A DNA stretch of 64,000 nucleotides from Escherichia coli (GCF_003334355.1 NZ_QOWP01000015.1), one strand, 5' to 3'; shown: positions 27,332 through 37,841, numbered from the stretch's first letter. Program-made: numbers and translations. Notes: generated by a model from the sequence alone, not told the origin.

Positions 27332-29161
27332 CTACTCTTCGTCGTCGCCGTCAACATGCGCGCGGATAAGCGCCATAAACGGTTTACCAAAGCGTTCCAG
27401 CTTGCGCATCCCAACGCCGTTAACGCTGAGCATTTCGCTGGCGGTGATCGGCATCTGTTCAGCCATCTCAATCAAGGTTGCGTCGTTAAACACCACGTAC
27501 GGCGGGACATTGCTTTCATCGGCAATCGATTTACGCAGTTTGCGTAATTTGGCGAACAGTTTGCGATCATAGTTGCCGCCGAACGATTTCTGCATCGCTT
27601 TCGGTTTGAGCGCCACGATACGCGGCACGGCAAGTTGCAAAGAGGATTCGCCGCGCAGCACCGGGCGCGCGGCCTCTGTCAGTTGTAGGGCAGAATGCTG
27701 GGCAATATTTTGCGTCACCAGGCCGAGGTGAATCAGCTGGCGGATCACGCTCACCCAATGTTCATGGCTTTTATCACGGCCCATGCCATAGACTTTCAGT
27801 TTGTCATGACCATAGTCGCGGATACGCTGGTTATTAGCACCACGAATCACTTCCACCACATAACCCATCCCAAACCGCTGATTCACACGACCAATGGTGG
27901 AAAGGGCAATCTGAGCATCGGTTGAACCGTCGTACTGTTTCGGCGGATCGAGGCAGATATCGCAGTTCCCGCACGGCTCCTGACGCCCTTCGCCAAAATA
28001 GTTCAGCAATACCAGACGACGGCAAGTTTGCGCTTCGGCAAACGCGCCCATCGCATTGAGTTTGTGGCGCTCGATATCCTGCAACTGCCCCTGCGGCTTC
28101 TCTTCCAGACAACGGCGCAGCCACGCCATATCAGCCGGATCGTAAAACAGCATCGCTTCCGCAGGCAGGCCATCACGCCCGGCGCGACCGGTTTCCTGAT
28201 AATAGGATTCGATATTGCGCGGAATATCAAAGTGGACCACGAAGCGAACGTTTGGTTTATTGATGCCCATGCCGAACGCCACCGTCGCCACCACAATTTG
28301 CAGGTCATCGCGCTGGAATTTCTCCTGCACGTCGGCGCGGACATTATTTTCCAGCCCGGCATGATAGGCCGCCGCGCTAATACCCTTGCTTTGCAGGCGC
28401 GCAGCGGTGTCTTCTACTTTCGCCCGGCTGTTGCAGTAGATAATGCCGGGCTTACCGCGCTGTTCCTGCACGTAGCTCATCAACTGATCGAGCGGTTTGA
28501 ATTTCTCCATCAGCATGTAGCGAATATTCGGACGGTCAAAACTGCTGATTTGAATCAGCGGATCGTTCAGCCCCAGCAGGCGCACGATATCCTGGCGCGT
28601 GGTGTCGTCGGCTGTGGCGGTCAGCGCCATAAACGGCAGCGTCGGGAACCGCTGGCGCAACTGACCGAGCGCGGCATATTCCGGGCGGAAATCGTGGCCC
28701 CATTGGGAGATACAGTGCGCTTCATCAACGGCTAATAACACCGGATTCCAGTGCGCCAGATGCTCAAGAAAGTTATCCAGCATCAGGCGTTCCGGCGCGA
28801 TATAAAGCAGGCGGATTTGCCCGGTGCGACAGCCTGTCATCACTTCAAGTTGCTGCTCGCGGGTTTGCGTCGAGTTAAGGCACGCCGCCGCCACGCCGTT
28901 GGCTTGCAGTTGATCCACCTGATCTTTCATCAACGAAATCAGCGGTGAAACAACCACGGTAAGGCCGTTTAGCAATAAGGCAGGAATTTGATAGCAAAGG
29001 GATTTTCCGCCACCGGTGGGCATGACGACCAGGCAATCGCGACCGGAAAGCACAGTGTCGATAATTTCTTCCTGGCCGGGGCGAAACTGTTGGTAGCCAA
29101 AGGTTTCTTGTAAAACCTGTTTAGCTCCGGACTCCAGATTCAACACTTCCGCCTGCGCCAC
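27332..29161 (-). CDS. recQ: ATP-dependent DNA helicase RecQ
   Basis: DExH helicase motifs, RQC and HRDC regions; start set at GTG giving [15 protein letters not shown] (609 aa); track ORF begins 2 codons upstream at another GTG. Confidence 0.95.
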   Translation of the reverse strand: MAQAEVLNLESGAKQVLQETFGYQQFRPGQEEIIDTVLSGRDCLVVMPTGGGKSLCYQIPALLLNGLTVVVSPLISLMKDQVDQLQANGVAAACLNSTQTREQQLEVMTGCRTGQIRLLYIAPERLMLDNFLEHLAHWNPVLLAVDEAHCISQWGHDFRPEYAALGQLRQRFPTLPFMALTATADDTTRQDIVRLLGLNDPLIQISSFDRPNIRYMLMEKFKPLDQLMSYVQEQRGKPGIIYCNSRAKVEDTAARLQSKGISAAAYHAGLENNVRADVQEKFQRDDLQIVVATVAFGMGINKPNVRFVVHFDIPRNIESYYQETGRAGRDGLPAEAMLFYDPADMAWLRRCLEEKPQGQLQDIERHKLNAMGAFAEAQTCRRLVLLNYFGEGRQEPCGNCDICLDPPKQYDGSTDAQIALSTIGRVNQRFGMGYVVEVIRGANNQRIRDYGHDKLKVYGMGRDKSHEHWVSVIRQLIHLGLVTQNIAQHSALQLTEAARPVLRGESSLQLAVPRIVALKPKAMQKSFGGNYDRKLFAKLRKLRKSIADESNVPPYVVFNDATLIEMAEQMPITASEMLSVNGVGMRKLERFGKPFMALIRAHVDGDDEE

Positions 29162-29180
29162 ATTCACCCCGATTGCCTGA

Positions 29181-29210
29181 AATAAAAACAGGCGCTATTT
29201 TCAGCGCCTG
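29181..29210 (-). terminator. Intrinsic terminator downstream of pldA, just upstream of recQ
   Basis: On the minus strand caggcgct-gaaaat-agcgcctg hairpin followed by a T-rich run (tttttattt). Confidence 0.55.
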
Positions 29211-29293
29211 CGCGAGAAACTGCAATGCTTTTAGTCTCTGAGAGGGTAATCCTGGATGCTGGATTCCAGATTTGCCAACCACTCAACCGTTCA

Positions 29294-30163
29294 TCAAAAC
29301 AAATCGTTTAGCATAACCCCCACACCGACACGGGTCTGGTTGAAGTTATAGTCGATGAGCGATTCGCCATAGCCGCTGTAAACCTGAGTATAAAGGCGCA
29401 CATGTTTGGTGATCGGGTAACTTAAGCCTAACTCCGCGCCGCCGTAGCCGGTGTTCCAGTTATACTGTCCTTTCGCACTGAGCACCGCATCACCGAGGTG
29501 ATAGCCGATTTTAAGCTGGTAGTAACCCATATATTTGGTGATATCCGGGTTATCGTCAGTATTACCCACCACATACCACGGCTTCACTTCTACCAGCCAG
29601 TTACCGTTTTCTGCCATCAGGCGAGTATAAAGGCGGTTCCAGCTGCGGGAGGTCGGGTCTGAACGCCCGTTAGAGTCGTGGTTATACCCCATCTCCACAT
29701 CGCGCAGCGTCCAACCTGCAAAACGGTAATCGGTGGCAAAACCGAGGAACAATTGCGGTTCGTAGTTGGTTTCACGAAACGGTGAAGACTCTTCGCTATT
29801 GGACAGTTGCCACCAGGATTTTTGCGTATAAGACGCACCCAACACCGAGTTCGGGCCTAAAATCCCACGCCACAGTGGAAATGCCAGGCTCAACTGAAAC
29901 TTTACTTCATCCTTACGCGCATTTTCCGCCCAGTCGTAACTGGCAATCGCTTCTTTGTTCAGATCGCTGGTTTGGGTGTAGATGAGGTAGTTGGTGTCAT
30001 AAGGATAGAGCGTGAACGGATTGTCATGCTCCTGCAGCATATTGGCGATAATACTGCCACGCACCGCTGGCGCGTCATGCACCTCTTTCACCGTTGCCTC
30101 TTGTGCATATACTGCCATAGGCAACATAAACACCGGCAACAACCAGCCCTGCAGAGTCCGCAT
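29294..30163 (-). CDS. pldA: Outer membrane phospholipase A
   Basis: 289-aa ORF with signal peptide, recognised as PldA (OMPLA). Confidence 0.95.
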   Translation of the reverse strand: MRTLQGWLLPVFMLPMAVYAQEATVKEVHDAPAVRGSIIANMLQEHDNPFTLYPYDTNYLIYTQTSDLNKEAIASYDWAENARKDEVKFQLSLAFPLWRGILGPNSVLGASYTQKSWWQLSNSEESSPFRETNYEPQLFLGFATDYRFAGWTLRDVEMGYNHDSNGRSDPTSRSWNRLYTRLMAENGNWLVEVKPWYVVGNTDDNPDITKYMGYYQLKIGYHLGDAVLSAKGQYNWNTGYGGAELGLSYPITKHVRLYTQVYSGYGESLIDYNFNQTRVGVGVMLNDLF

Positions 30164-30327
30164 CGGTCGTGTTCTCCGTAACGAATTATTGATAAGGTGA
30201 ATGTTTTTCTGCGGGCTATTTTACATACTTAACTCCATTGCCGTTAGTTATCCCTTCCTAAAGTAGAAACCAACAACAAAGAAGCATAAAATCAACATTT
30301 CATTAACCAATGAAGTGTAAGGATGAT

Positions 30328-30795
30328 ATGTCTGCCGTACTGACCGCTGAACAAGCCCTGAAATTAGTGGGTGAGATGTTTGTTTATCACATGCCATTTA
30401 ACCGCGCATTGGGGATGGAACTGGAGCGTTACGAAAAAGAGTTCGCACAGCTGGCCTTTAAAAATCAGCCGATGATGGTGGGTAACTGGGCGCAAAGCAT
30501 TTTGCACGGCGGGGTCATTGCGTCGGCGCTGGATGTCGCCGCAGGTCTGGTGTGCGTGGGAAGTACCTTAACCCGCCACGAAACCATCAGTGAAGATGAA
30601 CTACGCCAGCGGCTATCGCGGATGGGGACCATTGATCTTCGCGTTGATTATCTGCGCCCAGGCAGGGGCGAGCGTTTTACTGCTACCAGTAGCCTGTTGC
30701 GTGCAGGCAATAAAGTCGCCGTCGCCCGCGTTGAATTACACAATGAAGAACAGCTTTATATTGCCAGTGCCACCGCCACCTATATGGTAGGTTGA
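30328..30795 (+). CDS. yigI: Hotdog-fold thioesterase YigI
   Basis: Track ORF from 30310; 155-aa form begins [12 protein letters not shown] at ATG 30328 after AAGGA RBS. Confidence 0.88.
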   Translation: MSAVLTAEQALKLVGEMFVYHMPFNRALGMELERYEKEFAQLAFKNQPMMVGNWAQSILHGGVIASALDVAAGLVCVGSTLTRHETISEDELRQRLSRMGTIDLRVDYLRPGRGERFTATSSLLRAGNKVAVARVELHNEEQLYIASATATYMVG

Positions 30796-30846
30796 AGACA
30801 TAAAAGCAGGTAAACTGCTGTTACCAATTAAAAATGAGTATTCCCG

Positions 30847-31737
30847 ATGGATGCAAAACAAACGCGGCAGGGCGTATTACTCGCTCTTGCCGCTTATTTT
30901 ATTTGGGGTATAGCGCCAGCGTACTTCAAGTTGATTTACTACGTGCCCGCCGATGAAATCCTGACGCATCGCGTGATCTGGTCGTTTTTCTTTATGGTGG
31001 TGCTGATGAGCATTTGCCGCCAGTGGTCCTATTTAAAAACGCTGATTCAGACGCCACAGAAAATTTTTATGCTGGCAGTCTCTGCCGTGCTGATTGGTGG
31101 CAACTGGCTACTGTTTATCTGGGCGGTGAACAATCACCATATGCTGGAAGCGAGCCTTGGTTACTTTATTAACCCGCTGGTGAACATTGTGCTGGGGATG
31201 ATTTTCCTCGGCGAGCGATTCCGCCGGATGCAATGGCTGGCGGTGATTCTGGCGATATGTGGCGTGTTAGTCCAGCTGTGGACTTTTGGTTCGCTACCTA
31301 TTATCGCGCTGGGACTGGCATTTAGTTTTGCCTTCTACGGTCTGGTACGCAAGAAGATTGCCGTTGAAGCGCAAACCGGCATGTTAATTGAAACCATGTG
31401 GCTGCTGCCCGTGGCGGCAATTTACCTGTTTGCTATTGCCGACAGCTCAACCAGCCATATGGGGCAAAACCCGATTTCGCTGAATTTACTGCTGATCACC
31501 GCCGGTATTGTCACTACCGTACCGCTGTTGTGTTTTACTGCGGCTGCGACACGCCTGCGTCTCTCAACGTTAGGCTTTTTTCAGTACATTGGCCCGACGC
31601 TGATGTTCCTGCTGGCTGTGACGTTTTATGGTGAAAAACCGGGTGCCGATAAGATGGTGACCTTCGCCTTTATTTGGGTGGCGCTGGCAATTTTTGTGAT
31701 GGATGCGATTTATACGCAGCGTAGAACGTCCAAATAA
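30847..31737 (+). CDS. rarD: EamA/DMT-family permease RarD
   Basis: 296-aa 10-TM ORF recognised as RarD. Confidence 0.93.
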   Translation: MDAKQTRQGVLLALAAYFIWGIAPAYFKLIYYVPADEILTHRVIWSFFFMVVLMSICRQWSYLKTLIQTPQKIFMLAVSAVLIGGNWLLFIWAVNNHHMLEASLGYFINPLVNIVLGMIFLGERFRRMQWLAVILAICGVLVQLWTFGSLPIIALGLAFSFAFYGLVRKKIAVEAQTGMLIETMWLLPVAAIYLFAIADSSTSHMGQNPISLNLLLITAGIVTTVPLLCFTAAATRLRLSTLGFFQYIGPTLMFLLAVTFYGEKPGADKMVTFAFIWVALAIFVMDAIYTQRRTSK

Positions 31738-31831
31738 AAAATAAATATATTCTGAAAAAATATGCCGACTCTTGCATGAGAGTGGGCATATTGCCATGCT
31801 GACCGGAGACTCATACAAGGATGTAAAATTT

Positions 31832-32212
31832 ATGTTACGTATATTTATCCCAACATCTAACGGTAAGATTTCCAGACGTCGTTATATATTTTCATTTATT
31901 TTAATAAATTTCATTTTTGCCTTTCTTATTATCTTTTTTAACGATGGAGAAGCAGGCTTTCTTGTTATAGTCTCTACCATCGTACTCCATTATCTCGTCA
32001 TCAACATGAATTGCCAGCGACTCCGTGATAGTGGTTTCATCTATATAAAAACTTATGTTTTTGGTACATTAGCAGTATATATCATCTCTATCATCACAAT
32101 GATAGCCGAAGATTTTGCCTGTTCAGGCAATGGTTCGATGATTTTTTTGATTTGTTATTTTTCCACTTTCAGTATGCTAATGCTTGCACCTACTGATTCA
32201 TCAAAACAATAG
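31832..32212 (+). CDS. yigG: Small inner membrane protein YigG (function unknown)
   Basis: 126-aa hydrophobic ORF in low-GC DNA; start chosen at ATG 31832 ([12 protein letters not shown]) after AAGGA; in-frame upstream ATGs at 31772 and 31796 cannot be excluded. Confidence 0.7.
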
Positions 32213-32225
32213 TTATGGAGTATTT

Positions 32226-32606
32226 ATGAGTAAGGAATATATGAACGATGGTTCATTAAGTGAAAAATGGAAATACCGATTTAATTTTTATGATCAACAT
32301 GGTTTTCCTGGATTCTGGGGGGCAACACCAGAATATAAAGCAGCATTTAAAGCATTAAAAGTAAGACAACGCTTAACTATTCAAATGAATTTCATTGCTT
32401 TCTTCTGCTCCTGGATATATTTATTTGTCCTTGGGTTATGGAAAAAAGCAATTATAGTTCTATTACTTGGTATTCTATCTCTATTTGTTGGTGCACTAAT
32501 TGGCGTTAACATTCTGGGAATTGCCGTAGCAGCCTATGTTGCTGTTAACACGAACAAATGGTTCTATGAGAAAGAGGTAAAAGGGTTAAATACCTGGAGC
32601 CTTTGA
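32226..32606 (+). CDS. yigF: Small inner membrane protein YigF (DUF2628-like, function unknown)
   Basis: 126-aa ORF from ATG 32226 (MSKEYMNDGSL) after GGAG RBS, 13 bp after the yigG stop; two predicted TM helices. Confidence 0.75.
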   Translation: MSKEYMNDGSLSEKWKYRFNFYDQHGFPGFWGATPEYKAAFKALKVRQRLTIQMNFIAFFCSWIYLFVLGLWKKAIIVLLLGILSLFVGALIGVNILGIAVAAYVAVNTNKWFYEKEVKGLNTWSL

Positions 32607-32612
32607 ATAACA

Positions 32613-32650
32613 GGTGGCTTAGCCAGACTAAGCCACCGCTCTCGTTTTTT
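32613..32650 (+). terminator. Intrinsic terminator after yigF (overlaps the corA stop)
   Basis: Hairpin gtggcttag-ccaga-ctaagccac followed by a T-run. Confidence 0.55.
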
Positions 32651-33599
32651 ACAACCAGTTCTTCCGCTTAAAGTACAGATACGGTGCCAGGCCCGCGAGG
32701 ATCATAAAGATAATCGCGCCTGGGTAGCCGAAACTCCACTTCAGTTCTGGCATAAACTCAAAGTTCATCCCGTAGCTGGAGGCAACCAGCGTTGGCGGCA
32801 GGAACACGACGGATACCACCGAGAAAATTTTGATGATGCGGTTCTGCTCGATGTTGATAAAACCCATTGCCGCCTGCATCAGGAAGTTCACCTTCTGGAA
32901 CAGGGATTCGTTATGCGGCAGCAGGGATTCGATATCTCGCAGGATTTCACGCGCCTGCTCCAGTTGCCCACCCGGTAAACGCGCTTTACGCACCAGGAAG
33001 TTGAGCGCACGCTGGGTATCCATCAGACACAGGCGCACTTTCCAGCCGATATCTTCCAGTTCCGCCAGAGTGGAGAGCGCCTCGTCGTACTCATCGCCCT
33101 GATGCCCTTCCATAATCACCCGGCTCAACTGCTCCAGGTCGCTATAGATATTTTCAATTTCATCTGCCAACTGTTCGATTTTGGTTTCGAACAGATCCAG
33201 CAGCAGCTCGTAGGCGTTACCGTCCACCATCGACTGGCTACGGGCACGCATACGATACAGACGAAAAGCGGGCAGTTCACGCTCACGCAGAGTAAACAGA
33301 CGACCATCACGGATGGTAAATGCCACAGTGGAGTTACCGGCGTGATCTTCCGCATCTTCAAAGAAGAAGAAGGAGTGAATATGCAGGCCGTCGTCGTCTT
33401 CAAAGAAACGTGCCGATGCTTCGATGTCTTCCAGTTCCGGGCGGGTTGCCAGGCTCTGACCAAGTTCAGATTGTACGCGCAGTCGCTCGTCGTCGTCCGG
33501 TTCGACAAGATCAATCCATACTGCATTTACAAGGGGTTGTGACTCTTCGACTTCCAGCCGGGTCAGTCGGTTATTTTCCAGTTGAAATGCGCTCAGCAT
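32649..33599 (-). CDS. corA: Magnesium/cobalt transport protein CorA
   Basis: Track ORF to 33614; recognised 316-aa CorA begins [15 protein letters not shown] at ATG 33599; C-terminal GMNF motif and two TM helices. Confidence 0.95.
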   Translation of the reverse strand: MLSAFQLENNRLTRLEVEESQPLVNAVWIDLVEPDDDERLRVQSELGQSLATRPELEDIEASARFFEDDDGLHIHSFFFFEDAEDHAGNSTVAFTIRDGRLFTLRERELPAFRLYRMRARSQSMVDGNAYELLLDLFETKIEQLADEIENIYSDLEQLSRVIMEGHQGDEYDEALSTLAELEDIGWKVRLCLMDTQRALNFLVRKARLPGGQLEQAREILRDIESLLPHNESLFQKVNFLMQAAMGFINIEQNRIIKIFSVVSVVFLPPTLVASSYGMNFEFMPELKWSFGYPGAIIFMILAGLAPYLYFKRKNWL

Positions 33600-33968
33600 G
33601 ACCGGGACTCCCAATGCTTAAAATATCGGACAGTTCGGTGGGCACACAGAAACAAATTGGGTTTCAGACCATTAAACAGCCTGACTCAGCGCGACGGGAA
33701 AAATTGAGGTCGCTGACAACCGCTAAGGCTATCAGCAAAAAGGGATAGCCTTAGGAGTTGATCCTGGATGACAGGATAGTGAGCCAGTATCTACTGGGTG
33801 TGTCCAAGGCGAATGTCCTCTTAGAGTGATCGTGCGCGCATGTTACGCCAGCAAAATTTTGCCGTCAACACGCAACAGAACACCACAGAACAATAGTTGA
33901 ACTTCGCGCTTTTTGGTACTCGTCAAGGTCGCTAACAGGATAAAAAAATCCCACATCCAGGACCTATA

Positions 33969-34733
33969 ATGGCGCATCGGCTACTCATTGGTAAAGGAAT
34001 GATCACCTTGAATCTCAAACGGATTTTTCTCGCCCTCACCTTACTTCCCTTGTTTGCTGTTGCCGCTGATGATTGCGCACTCTCAGATCCGACGCTGACC
34101 GTACAGGCGTATACCGTTAATCCTCAAACAGAGCGGGTGAAAATGTACTGGCAAAAAGCCAATGGCGAAGCGTGGGGAACGTTACATGCTCTGCTGGCGG
34201 ATATGAATAGTCAGGGTCAGGTGCAGATGGCGATGAACGGCGGCATCTATGATGAAAGCTATGCGCCGCTCGGTTTGTACATCGAAAACGGTCAGCAGAA
34301 GGTGGCGTTAAATCTCGCTTCAGGTGAAGGGAATTTCTTTATCCGTCCTGGCGGCGTGTTTTATGTCGCGGGAGATAAAGTCGGCATCGTTCGTCTGGAT
34401 GCCTTCAAAACCAGTAAAGAGATTCAGTTTGCGGTGCAGTCAGGGCCAATGTTGATGGAAAACGGTGTAATTAATCCGCGTATTCATCCCAACGTCGCCT
34501 CACGTAAAATTCGTAACGGTGTTGGGATTAATAAACATGGGAATGCCGTGTTTTTGTTGAGCCAGCAGGCGACAAATTTTTATGATTTTGCCTGTTATGC
34601 CAAAGCGAAACTGAACGTTGAGCAGCTGCTTTATCTTGATGGCACGATTTCACATATGTATATGAAAGGCGGGGCAATCCCGTGGCAACGCTATCCTTTT
34701 GTCACCATGATTTCCGTCGAGCGGAAAGGTTAG
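33969..34733 (+). CDS. yigE: DUF2233-family exported protein YigE
   Basis: 254-aa ORF with N-terminal signal-like hydrophobic segment; synteny corA-yigE-uvrD. Confidence 0.85.
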   Translation: MAHRLLIGKGMITLNLKRIFLALTLLPLFAVAADDCALSDPTLTVQAYTVNPQTERVKMYWQKANGEAWGTLHALLADMNSQGQVQMAMNGGIYDESYAPLGLYIENGQQKVALNLASGEGNFFIRPGGVFYVAGDKVGIVRLDAFKTSKEIQFAVQSGPMLMENGVINPRIHPNVASRKIRNGVGINKHGNAVFLLSQQATNFYDFACYAKAKLNVEQLLYLDGTISHMYMKGGAIPWQRYPFVTMISVERKG

Positions 34734-34772
34734 AATGATAGTTTTGTGTCAGATACTAAATATGGTGCTGAT

Positions 34773-34808
34773 GCCGGATGCGACGTAAACGCCTTATCCG
34801 GCCTACAT
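34773..34808. repeat. REP element between yigE and uvrD
   Basis: gccggatgcgacgtaaacgccttatccggcctac REP core. Confidence 0.7.
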
Positions 34809-34878
34809 GACGTTGCAATTTATTGAATCTGAATGATTTTTAGGCCAAATAAGGTGTACAGCACCGCATCCCGCAACG

Positions 34879-37041
34879 TTATACCGTCTCCAGCCGGGCG
34901 TAAGCCGCCACCAGCCATTTGATTCCCTGGCCCTGGAACGCCACCTGCAAACGGCTATGTTCACCGCTGCCTTCCATATTGACGATGGTGCCTTCACCAA
35001 ACTTAGCGTGGCGTACACGCTGGCCGAGCTTGTAGCCGCTGTCGTTCTCGACCATCGGCGTACCCATACGCTGATGGCTGACCGGGCGGCTTACCGTGGC
35101 GCGCAGGCGCACCTCTTCCACACACTCTTCCGGCAACTCACCGATAAAGCGCGACGGGCGATGGTAAACCTCTTTGCCATACAGACGGCGAGTTTCCGCG
35201 TAGGTCAGCGTCAGTTTCTGCATCGCACGGGTTACGCCAACGTAGGCCAGACGGCGTTCTTCTTCCAGACGACCGCCTTCATCCAGCGACATCTGGCTTG
35301 GGAACATGCCCTCTTCCATACCGACGATAAACACCTGCGGGAACTCCAGCCCTTTCGCCGAGTGCAGCGTCATCAACTGCACCGCGTCCTGCCAGGTATC
35401 CGCCTGCCCCTCGCCCGCTTCCAGCGCCGCATGGGAGAGGAATGCCTGCAGCGGCATTAAATCTTCGTCTTCTTCGTTGTAGCTGAACTGGCGCGTTGCC
35501 GTCACCAGTTCCTCCAGGTTTTCGATACGCGTCTGACCTTTTTCGCCCTTCTCCTGCTCGTACATGGTGCGCAGGCCGGAGTCTTTAATTACCCGGTCAG
35601 TCTGTACATGCAGCGGCATATCGGCAGTTTCTTGCGCTAAGGCGTCGATTAATTCCATAAATCGCTGCAAGGCGCTGGCAGCTCGCCCGGCGAGGGCTTT
35701 TTCCTGCAACAGCTCACGACATGCCTGCCAGAGTGTTAACTGGCGATCGCGCGATGTCTGACGTACCACGTCCAGCGTCCGGTCACCAATACCCCGCGTT
35801 GGCGTATTCACCACACGCTCAAAGGCCGCGTCGTCGTTGCGGTTGGCAATCAGGCGCAGATACGAGAGCGCATCTTTGATTTCCTGGCGTTCGAAGAAGC
35901 GCATCCCGCCGTAAATACGGTACGGCATACTGGCCTGCAATAACGCCTCTTCGAGCACCCGCGACTGGGCGTTGCTGCGGTAGAGAATGGCGCACTCGGC
36001 AAGCGCTCCGCCGTTGTCCTGCCAGGTTTTGATGCGGTTAACCACAAAACGCGCTTCATCGAGTTCGTTAAAAGCGCAATAGAGGGAAATAGGCTCACCG
36101 TCCGCGCCATCGGTCCACAGTTTTTTACCCAGACGCCCGTTATTGTTTTCAATCAGGGCGTTAGCGGCGCTCAGAATATTGCTGGTAGAGCGGTAGTTTT
36201 GCTCCAGACGAATAGTTTCGGCACCGGGGAAATCATTAAGGAAACGCTGAATATTCTCCACCTGCGCCCCGCGCCAGCCGTAGATTGACTGGTCGTCATC
36301 ACCGACGATCATCACTTTGCCGGTGTCGCCCGCCAGCAGGCGGATCCACGCGTACTGAATGTTGTTGGTATCCTGGAATTCGTCCACCAGGATATTGGTA
36401 AAACGTTCGCGGTAGTGTTGCAGGATATGCGGCTTGTTAAGCCACAACTCGTGAGCGCGCAGCAGCAGCTCGGCGAAGTCCACCAGGCCCGCGCGGTCAC
36501 ACGCTTCCTGATACGCCTGATACACCTTCTGCCAGGTCTGCTCCACCGGATTACCGTAGCTTTGAATATGATGCGGACGCAGGCCTTCATCTTTCTGGCT
36601 GTTGATGTACCACATTGCCTGCCGCGGCGGCCACTGCTTCTCGTCGAGGTTCATGGCTTTGATCAGACGCTTAAGCAGGCGTAGCTGGTCTTCACTGTCG
36701 AGGATCTGGAAATCCTGCGGCAGATTGGCGTCCATATGGTGCGCACGCAGCAAACGGTGCGCCAGCCCGTGGAAGGTGCCGACCCACATACCGCCCTGGC
36801 TCGTGCCCATCAGTTGCCCGATACGATGACGCATCTCCGCCGCCGCTTTGTTGGTAAACGTCACCGCCATAATCGAGTATGGCGAGCAGTTTTCCACGCT
36901 CATCAACCAGGCGATACGATGCACCAGTACGCGCGTCTTACCACTGCCCGCGCCCGCCAGCACCAGAAGGTTGCTGCGTGGCGCGGCCACCGCTTCGCGC
37001 TGTTTGTCATTAAGGCTGTCGAGCAGGTAAGAAACGTCCAT
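34879..37041 (-). CDS. uvrD: DNA helicase II UvrD
   Basis: Track ORF extends to 37230; recognised 720-aa UvrD begins MDVSYLLDSLNDKQREAV at ATG 37041; Walker A GAGSGKT. Confidence 0.96.
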   Translation of the reverse strand: MDVSYLLDSLNDKQREAVAAPRSNLLVLAGAGSGKTRVLVHRIAWLMSVENCSPYSIMAVTFTNKAAAEMRHRIGQLMGTSQGGMWVGTFHGLAHRLLRAHHMDANLPQDFQILDSEDQLRLLKRLIKAMNLDEKQWPPRQAMWYINSQKDEGLRPHHIQSYGNPVEQTWQKVYQAYQEACDRAGLVDFAELLLRAHELWLNKPHILQHYRERFTNILVDEFQDTNNIQYAWIRLLAGDTGKVMIVGDDDQSIYGWRGAQVENIQRFLNDFPGAETIRLEQNYRSTSNILSAANALIENNNGRLGKKLWTDGADGEPISLYCAFNELDEARFVVNRIKTWQDNGGALAECAILYRSNAQSRVLEEALLQASMPYRIYGGMRFFERQEIKDALSYLRLIANRNDDAAFERVVNTPTRGIGDRTLDVVRQTSRDRQLTLWQACRELLQEKALAGRAASALQRFMELIDALAQETADMPLHVQTDRVIKDSGLRTMYEQEKGEKGQTRIENLEELVTATRQFSYNEEDEDLMPLQAFLSHAALEAGEGQADTWQDAVQLMTLHSAKGLEFPQVFIVGMEEGMFPSQMSLDEGGRLEEERRLAYVGVTRAMQKLTLTYAETRRLYGKEVYHRPSRFIGELPEECVEEVRLRATVSRPVSHQRMGTPMVENDSGYKLGQRVRHAKFGEGTIVNMEGSGEHSRLQVAFQGQGIKWLVAAYARLETV

Positions 37042-37099
37042 TGGCACCGCCGCGTAAAAATAGGTTGGGCGGAGAAGCGCAACGCCCTCCGCCAAAAAG

Positions 37100-37115
37100 C
37101 TGGGTATATATACAG
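37100..37115 (-). promoter_or_regulatory. LexA (SOS) box in uvrD promoter
   Basis: Minus-strand CTGTATATATACCCAG (CTGT-N8-CCAG, near-consensus SOS box) about 60 bp upstream of the uvrD start; coordinates +/-1. Confidence 0.7.
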
Positions 37116-37124
37116 ATTTGCTGA

Positions 37125-37841
37125 TTATATCAGCGAGGTCAGAGATGCCAACCGGGAAATTTCCAGATGCGGCAGTAAACGGCTGTCCCAGGTTTGCATC
37201 AGATCGCCATTTTCCGGTCTGATCCAACAAGCCTGCATTCCGCTGCGAATTGCCCCACCCACGTCAGTGGTGAGATCGTCCCCAACATGTAAGATCTCGC
37301 CGATCGGCACGTTGAGTTTTTCCGCAGCCAAAAAGTACATATCGCTGAACGGTTTTGAGCGCCCGTGCGGGCCAGCGCGCAGCACAAACTCAAAATAATC
37401 CCCCAAACCAAACAGCTCCGGCTGGGCGTTACCGTTGGTGATCGCCACCAGCGGCCATTTCTTCGCCAGCTGTTTTAAGGTGTCGTGAGTTTGCTGCGGG
37501 ACGTCGATTCGGCTGCGCCATTTGGCAAAGTTGATCATTGCTGCGTGTGCGCCTGCACTGGCTTCTTCGGCACTCAGCCCGGCGTCGAGCATCGCTTGTT
37601 CAATCGAACGAAAACGCCAGCGCGTCACGTCGTGATAAATCTCGGGTTCCGCTTCCCGTACCGCCTGGCGCAGGCGTTGCAGATCTTCATTCTGGAAGCT
37701 GCGCAGCGCCGGATGATAATTTTGCACAAAGGTAAGCGCCTCTCGCTCGGTGCGCAAAATCACCGGACGGTTATCGTAAAGGGTATCATCCAGGTCAAAG
37801 GTGAGCGCCGAGATGCGCCCCAAAGGCCGGTAAAAACGCAT
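37125..37841 (-). CDS. yigB: HAD-family phosphatase YigB
   Basis: 238-aa ORF with HAD motif I (FDLDDTL); last gene of the dapF-yigA-xerC-yigB cluster. Confidence 0.9.

Noticed and set aside
28028-28735. 235-aa ORF on the + strand
   Set aside because: Antisense to recQ (shadow ORF).
29177-29191. Possible LexA box (CTG aaataaaaa CAG) upstream of recQ
   Set aside because: Spacing is CTG-N9-CAG rather than the required CTG-N10-CAG, and the sequence is part of the terminator A/U tract; not a credible SOS box by sequence alone.
36736-37398. 220-aa ORF on the + strand
   Set aside because: Antisense to uvrD and yigB (shadow ORF).
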